Source: a virus
DNA length: 46,567 nucleotides
Virus record (IMG/VR): IMGVR_UViG_3300048854_000105
Coordinates: 1 to 46,567 of that record
Reading direction: 5' to 3' (one strand)
Shown here: positions 1 to 6,654 of the stretch, piece by piece
Numbering within the stretch: position 1 is the first letter of the stretch
Layout: each line of letters starts with the position of its first letter
Position numbers and translations under genes: made by a program
Notes under the pieces: model-generated
Database searches by the model: none
What the model was told of the DNA's origin: nothing
The model's input: the letters and a program-made list of their open reading frames with translations, nothing else

Positions 1-127
1 GCGGATCCACTCGACCATCGTGTCATCTTGCGGGGATTTGATCTCCAGTGCGCCCTTGTCTCCCACGAGGCCATCCGGGGATGCCGCGGAGAAGTCGAGA
101 TTCGGGTGAAGGACTAAACCTACCGTC
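1..127. repeat. Terminal exact direct repeat, copy 1 (identical to 46441..46567); circular-closure overlap
   Basis: All 127 nt match the last 127 nt of the window letter for letter. A minus-strand ORF reads through the join. Confidence 0.95.
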
Positions 128-396
128 TCCACCATCACATCCGTCTCTAGCTCATATTTAGAGCGAGCGATCGGCTCATAGGCAATGCCATGCTCCATCG
201 CTGGCGTTACGTAGTGAGTCGCGGAAATACCGGTAAGACGCTCTAGGGCAAGCTCTCTCCTGTAGCGTTTTCTGCCGGCTCCCTCTGATCCGTTCTTGAG
301 GATGTTCATTACATCCTTGATTCGGGATGCGGTAATTAAACCGTACCTGGCTGACAGCCATGCGGCTGACCCTTGCGGGCACTGTACCTCTCTCAT
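1..396 (-). CDS. YqaJ / lambda-Exo-type PD-(D/E)xK recombination exonuclease, N-terminal part; the ORF wraps the contig join and continues in 46132..46440
   Basis: The minus frame is open from ATG 396 to nt 1, and matches the frame of ORF 46132..46506 once the repeat is collapsed. Hand translation: MREVQCPQGSAAWLSARYGLITASRIKDV...AMEHGIAYEPIARSKYE...ASPDGLVGDKGALEIKSP. The ATG overlaps the erf stop (ATGA). Confidence 0.75.
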   Translation of the reverse strand, partial: MREVQCPQGSAAWLSARYGLITASRIKDVMNILKNGSEGAGRKRYRRELALERLTGISATHYVTPAMEHGIAYEPIARSKYELETDVMVETVGLVLHPNLDFSAASPDGLVGDKGALEIKSPQDDTMVEWIR

Positions 397-1163
397 TTGG
401 GGATCTCCCGATAGCGGATGTTCTTGCGCTTCTCAAATTCACGGATCGCGCCTTCATCGCCCTTCTTCTCTGCGTACCTGCAGGCGCTCTGATAGCGTGA
501 CTTCAGATCCTCAACCGTGTCCGCTGCTTCGATGAGCCCACAAAGGCGGTCGAACTCGTCGGTACTAATCTCTTCTCTCTTTCCTCCGTTGCCGTCGTCG
601 TCCGTCTCCCCAACAGCAACATTGAAGATCATCTTCAGTAGGTAGCGCATGCCATAGGACATTGCGGCGCCGGCAGCGTGGGTCTTCGTCATCACATCGC
701 CGCCCTTGGCTCCCTTGCCATCGGAGGGCATATCTACCTGATAGGTTCTCGTGTATCCGCCCTTGTGGGAGGCATAGCAGAGGACACGCATGCAGTCGGG
801 TACAGGAGATTCGGTGGAGTTGAACGAAAGGGAGAATCCTTCATCGGTGTAGATCGGCCTTACCGCAGAGTCGATCTTGGCGTAGGTCGCATATTTGCTC
901 CTCGTCTGCGGGTTGTTGGCGTCCGCGCCGATGCGCCGCATCTTGCTCTGAGCTCGCTGCATGGCATCGTTGAACTCAAGCTCTGCCTGATACTGACGCT
1001 CCTCGCGCTGAAGCTGTACGAGACCCTTAATAACCTCCATGCCGGCGCCGTTAGATACCGCCATCTGGATCATCGACATGGGTGACGGTACTGTCATTTC
1101 TTCCGCTCTCTCCAGCGCGAGCGAACCTTCGAGTTGTTCCTTTACTGTCATCGCTTCCTCCAT
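393..1163 (-). CDS. erf: ERF-family single-strand annealing protein (probable start ATG 1151)
   Basis: SKYATYAKIDSAVRPIYTDEGFSLSF plus a Gly/Asp-rich region and a helical tail are ERF-like. GGAGG lies 5 nt before ATG 1151. It is coupled to the exonuclease gene. Confidence 0.7.
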   Translation of the reverse strand: MEEAMTVKEQLEGSLALERAEEMTVPSPMSMIQMAVSNGAGMEVIKGLVQLQREERQYQAELEFNDAMQRAQSKMRRIGADANNPQTRSKYATYAKIDSAVRPIYTDEGFSLSFNSTESPVPDCMRVLCYASHKGGYTRTYQVDMPSDGKGAKGGDVMTKTHAAGAAMSYGMRYLLKMIFNVAVGETDDDGNGGKREEISTDEFDRLCGLIEAADTVEDLKSRYQSACRYAEKKGDEGAIREFEKRKNIRYREIPK

Positions 1164-1249
1164 GGGCTGTGCTTTTCAAGTTTGTGCGCGAGAACGAGAA
1201 TCAGGCTGATTGCTACTGGCGCAAATACGATCTTGGCGGCTTCGTTCAT
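1148..1249 (-). CDS. 33-aa single-TM miniprotein (below the track cutoff)
   Basis: Hand translation MNEAAKIVFAPVAISLILVLAHKLEKHSPWRKR. Its TGA overlaps the erf ATG 1151 (ATGA). Confidence 0.35.
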   Translation of the reverse strand: MNEAAKIVFAPVAISLILVLAHKLEKHSPWRKR

Positions 1250-1312
1250 TGCTTGCCCTCCGCTTTGGCGATAGCATTTCCGAGGAGACATTTGGACTGG
1301 TGTGGGTAGCCT

Positions 1313-1549
1313 TTAGGGTTTCCGCACTGCGGACACCTGCCGGCGTCGGACCACTCGACATCCTTCAGCCTGCGGCTTTGGCGTGAACATCTTGGCTGTT
1401 CCATTCCAGTCCGGCAGATGGACATCGCGCACAGTAGGTACAGGTGGAGTTGGCTTGCTTACAGCAAGCGAGACTGGGACGATGCGCTTCTGCTGGCCTT
1501 GAACTGCCATGCTGAGAAAGAGGAGAGCGGCGAGAGTTTTCATTTCCAC
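1313..1549 (-). CDS. Small secreted protein (probable start ATG 1543)
   Basis: MKTLAALLFLSMAVQG is signal-peptide-like. The start is ATGA-coupled to the upstream micro-ORF. Confidence 0.45.
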   Translation of the reverse strand: MEMKTLAALLFLSMAVQGQQKRIVPVSLAVSKPTPPVPTVRDVHLPDWNGTAKMFTPKPQAEGCRVVRRRQVSAVRKP

Positions 1550-1650
1550 CCTTTCATGGAGTCGGCATAACCGGCCGAATCAGCCAATGTCCACAAAGCC
1601 ACACCTGCAACTAGCCAGACCACAATTACGGCACCAACGATGTAAGTCAT
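1540..1650 (-). CDS. 36-aa TM miniprotein
   Basis: Hand translation MTYIVGAVIVVWLVAGVALWTLADSAGYADSMKGWK. The stop overlaps the next ATG. Confidence 0.4.
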   Translation of the reverse strand: MTYIVGAVIVVWLVAGVALWTLADSAGYADSMKGWK

Positions 1651-1652
1651 AG

Positions 1653-1820
1653 CTAGGCTCCTATAGCGGCGAAGGTGAAGATGATTCCGGCCATGAGCAT
1701 CAGCAGACCTAGTAGGTCAAGAAAGAACAGTACAGGGTCGCGCATGATCTCTACAGCGACTTCTAGCCACTCATCGCTGCAACGGGTGTCAGGCGTATCG
1801 AGAAGGATGGATTCGATCAT
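1653..1820 (-). CDS. 55-aa TM miniprotein
   Basis: Hand translation MIESILLDTPDTRCSDEWLEVAVEIMRDPVLFFLDLLGLLMLMAGIIFTFAAIGA. The ATG overlaps the stop of 1817..2095 (ATGA). Confidence 0.45.
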   Translation of the reverse strand: MIESILLDTPDTRCSDEWLEVAVEIMRDPVLFFLDLLGLLMLMAGIIFTFAAIGA

Positions 1821-2095
1821 GCGGCACCTCGTGACGCCTGCGACTTCTTCCGCTTCCAGTTTTCAGCGGCTTCCTTGGCAGTCTTCCCGGCCTTAATCTC
1901 TTTTGCGAAGAATGATTGCCACGCTGATGGCTTACGCTTCGGAGACTTATTCTCAACAAGCTTTTCCAGTAGAGAGCAGGCATATATAAGGATTCTTTGG
2001 GACAGGTAAGACTCCTTAGACCAAATACTTGGAAGGTTATTGCTGAGTCGTTGCGCTTCTTCTGAGGACGTAATCGAGTTTCTAAGCTTCTTCAT
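1817..2095 (-). CDS. Hypothetical protein, 92 aa
   Basis: Track ORF. ATGA overlaps at both ends within the leftward operon. Confidence 0.5.
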   Translation of the reverse strand: MKKLRNSITSSEEAQRLSNNLPSIWSKESYLSQRILIYACSLLEKLVENKSPKRKPSAWQSFFAKEIKAGKTAKEAAENWKRKKSQASRGAA

Positions 2096-2292
2096 GCCGC
2101 CTCCTCAGCCGCGTTGCAGCGGCAATCCTTCTCTAACTTCCGGCAATCAACGCAGTCCCACAGTTCGCAGGTGCATTGATCGAGGTACTCTCCGCAGCCG
2201 TCACAGAGATCCTCATCTGTCGCGTCCGCGTGGAACTCCTGAAACTCGTACTCAAGCTGGCTCTGAGGTATGCCAAGGAAAAGGACGTCCAT
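2092..2292 (-). CDS. Acidic Cys-rich miniprotein, 66 aa
   Basis: CDGCGEYLDQCTCELWDCVDCRKLEKDCRC gives 9 Cys in 30 residues. TAATG and ATGA junctions. Confidence 0.5.
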   Translation of the reverse strand: MDVLFLGIPQSQLEYEFQEFHADATDEDLCDGCGEYLDQCTCELWDCVDCRKLEKDCRCNAAEEAA

Positions 2293-2564
2293 TACGCCAC
2301 CTGCCTTGTCTTGGTGCTGGCAAGGAGATCGTCCAGAACGCCTTCGGGAGTGGAAGACAGGAAGGCATCGTCATCGGTGAAGACGTAGAACTTGTGCTCA
2401 CGACCAGCCGCCGATAGCCATTGGGCGCAGTTGACAGACTCTACATCTGAGCGGATAGCCTTGGCCTTCTCGTAGAGCTGATCGAGGGTGATTTCGCAGA
2501 TGATCTCCGCTACGGACTTTGAGCCGAGGTTTTCAGGCGTAGAAATGGCGTCGATGCTTTCCAT
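2292..2564 (-). CDS. Hypothetical protein, 90 aa
   Basis: Track ORF in operon context. Confidence 0.55.
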   Translation of the reverse strand: MESIDAISTPENLGSKSVAEIICEITLDQLYEKAKAIRSDVESVNCAQWLSAAGREHKFYVFTDDDAFLSSTPEGVLDDLLASTKTRQVA

Positions 2565-2597
2565 CGTGTTTGTCCTCTCTGTCGTGTTTGCTGGAAT

Positions 2598-2888
2598 CTA
2601 TTTCGTTCGCTTGCGGGCTACAATTTTTCCGTAATCCGTAACAACCAGACTTCTGTGGCCAGCCGACTTATGAAGCAAGCCCTTGCGCACCAGGATGGCA
2701 ATCGCACGCTTCACGTTCGACTTCGACCCCTCTATCTCTTTGGCGATTTCCTCGTAGGTTGGAGAAATTTTCTTCTCGGCGACGAGCTTCATAACCGCCT
2801 TCAAGACCTTCAATTGGGAGGCTGTTGCCGGCTCGGTTGCTTCGGGCTTATTTGTGCTCGTTTTCTTCATCGCAAAATTAGAATGCAA
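2598..2888 (-). CDS. Small winged-helix DNA-binding protein resembling the LexA N-terminal DNA-binding domain, with no peptidase domain. It is the first gene of the leftward operon (probable start ATG 2870; the track start 2888 is TTG).
   Basis: QLKVLKAVMKLVAEKKISPTYEEIAKEIEGSKSNVKRAIAILVRKGLLHK fits the LexA_DNA_bind / MarR-like wHTH pattern. It lies directly downstream of the operator/promoter block. Confidence 0.55.
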   Translation of the reverse strand: MHSNFAMKKTSTNKPEATEPATASQLKVLKAVMKLVAEKKISPTYEEIAKEIEGSKSNVKRAIAILVRKGLLHKSAGHRSLVVTDYGKIVARKRTK

Positions 2889-2902
2889 CTATTATTATGT
2901 CG

Positions 2903-2943
2903 TGTCAACAGGAAATTTCGAAATATTACGAAATTTATTTCGA
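2903..2943 (-). promoter_or_regulatory. Operator/promoter module L (leftward): CGAAAT-N2-ATTTCG palindrome, 7-nt spacer, TCGAAATTTCC, then TTGACA
   Basis: The reverse complement reads tcgaaataaatttcg-taatatt-tcgaaatttcctgttgaca. The 15-nt and 18-nt blocks are identical to 5022..5061. Confidence 0.55.
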
Positions 2944-3042
2944 ATTGAGATATAGTGAGCACATTGGGACTCTGATAACCCAAAAGTGTGAGGATGATGG
3001 GAAGGATTTCGTGCAATCCGCAGAACTCCGCGTGTTATCTTT

Positions 3043-3294
3043 TTGGCTTCATGGCACAAAAAGACACGTATCGGGGGATTGATAATTCTCTCCATGCGCT
3101 ACTGCGCTTGGAGAACTGCCTTGAATACCCGTCTGACCGTTGCCCTTGCTATCATTTTAGGAATCGCCACCTTCGCCGCCTCAAAGCCTTCTCACGGTTC
3201 GCCATCCCCAGCATCCGTGTCAGCCAACACAGCTATTCCGATTCCGATGTGCAGTCCCAACGATACGACCTGCGGACTGGGTGGGGCGAGATAA
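3043..3294 (+). CDS. Possible small secreted or membrane protein (alternative start 3094)
   Basis: RLTVALAIILGIATFAAS is a hydrophobic segment. No Shine-Dalgarno sequence at either start. Confidence 0.3.
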   Translation: MASWHKKTRIGGLIILSMRYCAWRTALNTRLTVALAIILGIATFAASKPSHGSPSPASVSANTAIPIPMCSPNDTTCGLGGAR

Positions 3295-3312
3295 GGTTAT
3301 CTGGGGTGGGAT

Positions 3313-4086
3313 ATGCACTCTAGCTTCCCATTCTCACTATTCACATCTGCAGAGATAACCGCTCTGGCGACTGCCGTCTTCGCTTTCCTATGGAAGCGGC
3401 AGATCTCCAGGTGGCCGTTCCTGTTCTCGGCGTTGGCGCTAGAGATGGCAATCGACCTGATTTGCCTGCACCTTATGGGCCCGCACCACTATAGGCAGTA
3501 TTTCTTTACATTCTGGTGGGGCCAGGTAGCGCAGGCTTTTCTAAAGATTGGAATTATAGCCGACGTATTCCGCTCGTTCCCAGGATTAGACTTCCTCCCG
3601 AAGAGGGTCTATCTTTTCATCACGGTTGCCGCTCTGGTCATGGGAATACTCGCGGGGGCTTACTGCTATCACATATCACCCGATGTAGGCGCAAGAATCC
3701 AAAACTTGGCGCTGCTGATGAACCGGTGCGTGAATATCTCATTTGGGGCATTCGCGATGGTGATTCTGTTCACATTCAAGGCTTTCAATTTCGGATGGGA
3801 TCCGAGTGGTGCTCGAATCTCGTCCGTTTTCTTCCTGAGGATTTGCTGCGGCGTAGTCGTGGCGGAAATCATATCGAGCGTCTCGGCACAAGATCCAAGA
3901 GCCATAGTGCTCAGGACGGCTGCAAACTACCTCGACTCAGCCTGTTCCATTGTCGCTTTCTCCTTTTGGAGCTTCCTGGTCTTCCGTAATAAACCTATCC
4001 CCCTGCCTAGCGTCACCGGTGATGCCTCGGCCCACGTAGCGAACGTAAAGACCCTGCTATCAGACAGTTTCAGCAGAGAAAGATGA
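3313..4086 (+). CDS. Polytopic membrane protein with about 7 predicted TM helices; unknown family
   Basis: Seven hydrophobic stretches of about 20 aa by eye. GGGGTGGG lies upstream of the ATG. Confidence 0.6.
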   Translation: MHSSFPFSLFTSAEITALATAVFAFLWKRQISRWPFLFSALALEMAIDLICLHLMGPHHYRQYFFTFWWGQVAQAFLKIGIIADVFRSFPGLDFLPKRVYLFITVAALVMGILAGAYCYHISPDVGARIQNLALLMNRCVNISFGAFAMVILFTFKAFNFGWDPSGARISSVFFLRICCGVVVAEIISSVSAQDPRAIVLRTAANYLDSACSIVAFSFWSFLVFRNKPIPLPSVTGDASAHVANVKTLLSDSFSRER

Positions 4087-4095
4087 AACTTAACA

Positions 4096-4602
4096 ATGCA
4101 CGATCGTATTGTTCACAAATTGATTGCCGCCGCTATCGTTGCGACAACTGTTATTTTGCTGCCAAAGAAACATAATCACATCTCGTCATGCGAGAGCATT
4201 ATGAGCAAACTCCCGCATACTGGGTATGAGAGGCTCTGCGGTTCCGTAGACGGATCAAAAGGGAAAGATCGGGAGTTCTGGATCATATCCGAGCGAGTCA
4301 AAGGGCTGCTGAAGCGGGTACGAATATCCTGGCTCTGCCTAATGCTGATTCAGGCATTTCATAGAGAGGGGCTGCTTACCGCGGGAGATGCTTTGGAGAT
4401 GTGGTATATGTTCGCCGGACAACTCGCTTATACCGCCCTATCCATCCCTGAGGCCATAGCTTGCATGCTGTTCGGCGGAGTACGCCATGTCATAGCCAAG
4501 GAATCGGTGCGTTTCTATTGCGATCTGGTGATAGCAACAAACGTTAAATGCTATATAAAAGAAGCACCATTGTGCGTTATGGGCCTGCCTGAGTTGTTGT
4601 AA
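4096..4602 (+). CDS. Hypothetical protein with an N-terminal TM anchor, 168 aa (alternative start 4201)
   Basis: LIAAAIVATTVILL is an N-terminal hydrophobic segment. AT-rich, with no obvious SD. Confidence 0.45.
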   Translation: MHDRIVHKLIAAAIVATTVILLPKKHNHISSCESIMSKLPHTGYERLCGSVDGSKGKDREFWIISERVKGLLKRVRISWLCLMLIQAFHREGLLTAGDALEMWYMFAGQLAYTALSIPEAIACMLFGGVRHVIAKESVRFYCDLVIATNVKCYIKEAPLCVMGLPELL

Positions 4603-4622
4603 GATTTGGACTTAACTAATAT

Positions 4623-5030
4623 ATGCCAACATACTCTCAGATGACCCTATTAGAGTTGCAGCGCCAACTCAACGAACTCGATTTGAAGCTCGAAGAGCTG
4701 GCGCCGGAACTCATTGCGGAGATCCGCCTTATCCGAAGTTTTATTGAACAGAAGAAGAAAGGGGAGAATAATCCCCGGATCCTCTACGATAAGGTCCGAT
4801 TTCCCAAAGACGCCGTTGAGAAGGCCTTGATGGATAATGGTGATTTCGCAATCACAAAAGAGGAACTAGTTTCTCAGATTGTGGATGGCGGCTACATGCA
4901 TCCAGGGAAGTCTTCTGCTCGAGCAATCATCAATGTCACGGTAAACACTTGGCTCAAAAAGAAGTATCTGATTGAGAAAAAGGGCAAGATCGGCCACAAC
5001 CCAAATGCTTCTCCTGATGCATCGAAATAA
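4623..5030 (+). CDS. Coiled-coil plus winged-helix-like protein; candidate repressor or immunity regulator
   Basis: The N-terminal heptad-like helix is followed by ITKEELVSQIV...ARAIINVTVNTWLKKKYLIEKKGKIG (helix plus beta-wing pattern). Its TAA stop lies inside operator palindrome O1 of module R. Confidence 0.45.
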   Translation: MPTYSQMTLLELQRQLNELDLKLEELAPELIAEIRLIRSFIEQKKKGENNPRILYDKVRFPKDAVEKALMDNGDFAITKEELVSQIVDGGYMHPGKSSARAIINVTVNTWLKKKYLIEKKGKIGHNPNASPDASK

Positions 5031-5085
5031 ATTTCGCTTGTTATCGAAATTTCCTGTTGACTTACCCATAAAGTAGCCATATGGT
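5022..5085 (+). promoter_or_regulatory. Operator/promoter module R (rightward): same two operators, then TTGACT, 17 nt, TATGGT
   Basis: tcgaaataaatttcg-cttgtta-tcgaaatttcctgttgact. The -35 is at 5057..5062 and the -10-like TATGGT is at 5080..5085. Confidence 0.55.
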
Positions 5086-5121
5086 TGTCTTTGCAAGGCG
5101 CAAAAGTGCTTGCACTGACAC

Positions 5122-5502
5122 ATGGCCCCGTTCCCGGTAAAACCCGACTCCAAAGCAATTCATTATCCCGAAGGCGCAGGCAAGCGCGAGGTCTGCACTA
5201 AGACTGCTGCCGGCCGGCGTGAGTACCGCAAGCGCGTCGAGCTGATGTGGGAGCGTCAGGATGGCCTATGCGCGCTCTGCGTCAGACCTCTGAGGCTTGA
5301 GCAAGCCACCTTCGATCATGAGCGCCCACGTGGCCATGGCGGGGGATTCAGGGACGATCGTATCGAGATCGACGGCCAACCCATAAATGCTGCTGTCCAT
5401 GGTCTGTGCAACCTCGATCGTGGAAGCAAGCGGACTCCTTACCTGATTCAACCTCAAGTTACTTCCGGCATGCACCTGGAAGAGATGCTGGGGGACGAAT
5501 AA
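5122..5502 (+). CDS. HNH endonuclease
   Basis: CALC...FDHERPRGHGGGFRDDRIE...NAAVHGLCNLDRGS shows the H-N-H/CN pattern. Confidence 0.75.
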   Translation: MAPFPVKPDSKAIHYPEGAGKREVCTKTAAGRREYRKRVELMWERQDGLCALCVRPLRLEQATFDHERPRGHGGGFRDDRIEIDGQPINAAVHGLCNLDRGSKRTPYLIQPQVTSGMHLEEMLGDE

Positions 5503-6440
5503 TGGCAGCCCTTCCATACATGCAGCTCTACGTTGCCGACTACCTGGCAGACACGGCTCATCTGAACGCAGCTCAGCATGGAGCCTACCTTCTCCTCCTG
5601 ATGAACTACTGGCAGAGAGGTAAGGCCCTACGGAACGACAACGGACGTTTAGCGAACGTTGCACGGATGTCCAACGAGGAGTGGAACGTAAACAGGGAAG
5701 TGTTGGAGGAGTTCTTCGAGGTTACAGACGAAGAGTGGATCCACCACCGCGTAGAGAAGGATTTGGAGGCTGTAAGGAGCAAATCCGAGAAGGCTTCTGC
5801 CGCTGGAAGGGCTTCCGCTAAACGGAAACTGAACAAACGTTCAACGAACGTACCAACGAACGTTGAACAGACGTTCAACCATACAGATACAGATACAGAT
5901 ACAGAACAAAAGAAACCTTCTCGCGGCAAGCGCGAGGTTGAACCAAGGTTCTCGGACTTCAAGAAGGCTTGTGATGCCTACTACCGTCACAAGGGATTCG
6001 AGATGACCTGGGATGGTTCGGAGGGCAAGCAGCTTTCATCCCTTCTTGCCTCTAATCCGACTCTCAACCTCGAACAGTTTCAAGGCATCCTGCGCAATCG
6101 ATCGCGTTCGGCAGTTGTGCACTCTGAGAGGCCGCGCAAGTGGCTTGGGAATGCTACCGACTACGCAGCTGGGCCGCTGGATAAGTTTGGAAAACCGCAG
6201 GAGGTAGGTGATGCAAGAACGGGCAATCGCAACACGAGCAAGTCAGGACAAGTGCTTGACGATCTCCGACGCAGCCTCGAAGAAGACGGCTATTCGCTTG
6301 GCTTTGGCGAAGCTGGCGATACGCAGGCAGGCGAACCCAGGCAAGGAGACGATGGACATCTTCGCAGCGGACCTAATGGCGATGGAGGAAGCGGACGTTC
6401 TCTCGGCGCTGGAATCACTCTCCTCTCGCCGGCGAGCTGA
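5502..6440 (+). CDS. DUF1376 (YdaU-like) phage replication-associated protein. Start is ATG 5502 (TAATG overlap with HNH), not the track start 5406.
   Basis: MAALPYMQLYVADYLADTAHLNAAQHGAYLLLLMNYWQRGKAL...RLANVARMSNEEW...WIHHRVEKDL matches the DUF1376 N-terminal pattern. Confidence 0.65.
   Translation: MAALPYMQLYVADYLADTAHLNAAQHGAYLLLLMNYWQRGKALRNDNGRLANVARMSNEEWNVNREVLEEFFEVTDEEWIHHRVEKDLEAVRSKSEKASAAGRASAKRKLNKRSTNVPTNVEQTFNHTDTDTDTEQKKPSRGKREVEPRFSDFKKACDAYYRHKGFEMTWDGSEGKQLSSLLASNPTLNLEQFQGILRNRSRSAVVHSERPRKWLGNATDYAAGPLDKFGKPQEVGDARTGNRNTSKSGQVLDDLRRSLEEDGYSLGFGEAGDTQAGEPRQGDDGHLRSGPNGDGGSGRSLGAGITLLSPAS
5829..5904. repeat. Iteron-like array (AACNAACGTT units at 11-12 nt spacing) followed by (ATACAG)x4, inside the DUF1376 gene
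   Basis: CAACGAACGT is exact at 5842 and 5854. ACGTTCAAC is exact at 5837 and 5871. ATACAG x4 spans 5881..5904. Confidence 0.6.
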
Positions 6441-6654
6441 TGGAGAAACGGCTTTCCCTGACTGGCCGACTATCAGCGATGAGATCGAGATATTCGCACG
6501 CAGAAGGCGGATCTCCGAGAGAAGAGCGGTAGAGCAGGCTGAGCAGGATGAGTGGGAGCGGAGACGCAGGGAGAATCCCCAAGATTTCGTCCCGGTTGGC
6601 GATGTGTGGGAAGAAGTGAAGCGAAAGTTGGCGGAGAAGGAGAGGGCATCATGA
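6211..6654 (+). CDS. Hypothetical helical protein, 147 aa
   Basis: AGGAGG lies 6 nt before ATG 6211. Third-position GC is clearly higher than in the overlapping frame. Confidence 0.55.
   Translation: MQERAIATRASQDKCLTISDAASKKTAIRLALAKLAIRRQANPGKETMDIFAADLMAMEEADVLSALESLSSRRRADGETAFPDWPTISDEIEIFARRRRISERRAVEQAEQDEWERRRRENPQDFVPVGDVWEEVKRKLAEKERAS

Noticed and set aside
1-127. Interpreting the identical ends as a physical direct terminal repeat (T7-like DTR)
   Set aside because: A single exonuclease gene is only complete when the repeat is collapsed, and the repeat lies in the middle of coding sequence. An assembly overlap of a circular or permuted genome is the simpler explanation. It still needs read-level confirmation.
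176-457. 93-aa minus-strand ORF near the contig start
   Set aside because: It is in a different frame from the exonuclease ORF that fills this interval. The exonuclease frame has clear YqaJ motifs and ATGA coupling to erf.
5406-5501. Upstream extension of the DUF1376 ORF (track start 5406)
   Set aside because: The extension overlaps the HNH gene out of frame. ATG 5502 gives a TAATG junction, and the conserved DUF1376 N-terminus (MAALPYMQLY...) begins there.
5881-5904. (ATACAG)x4 as a CRISPR-like or phase-variable repeat
   Set aside because: It has only four 6-nt units and no spacers, and it is in-frame, encoding (TD)n. Length changes would not shift the frame, so it is treated as part of the ori-like region or linker.
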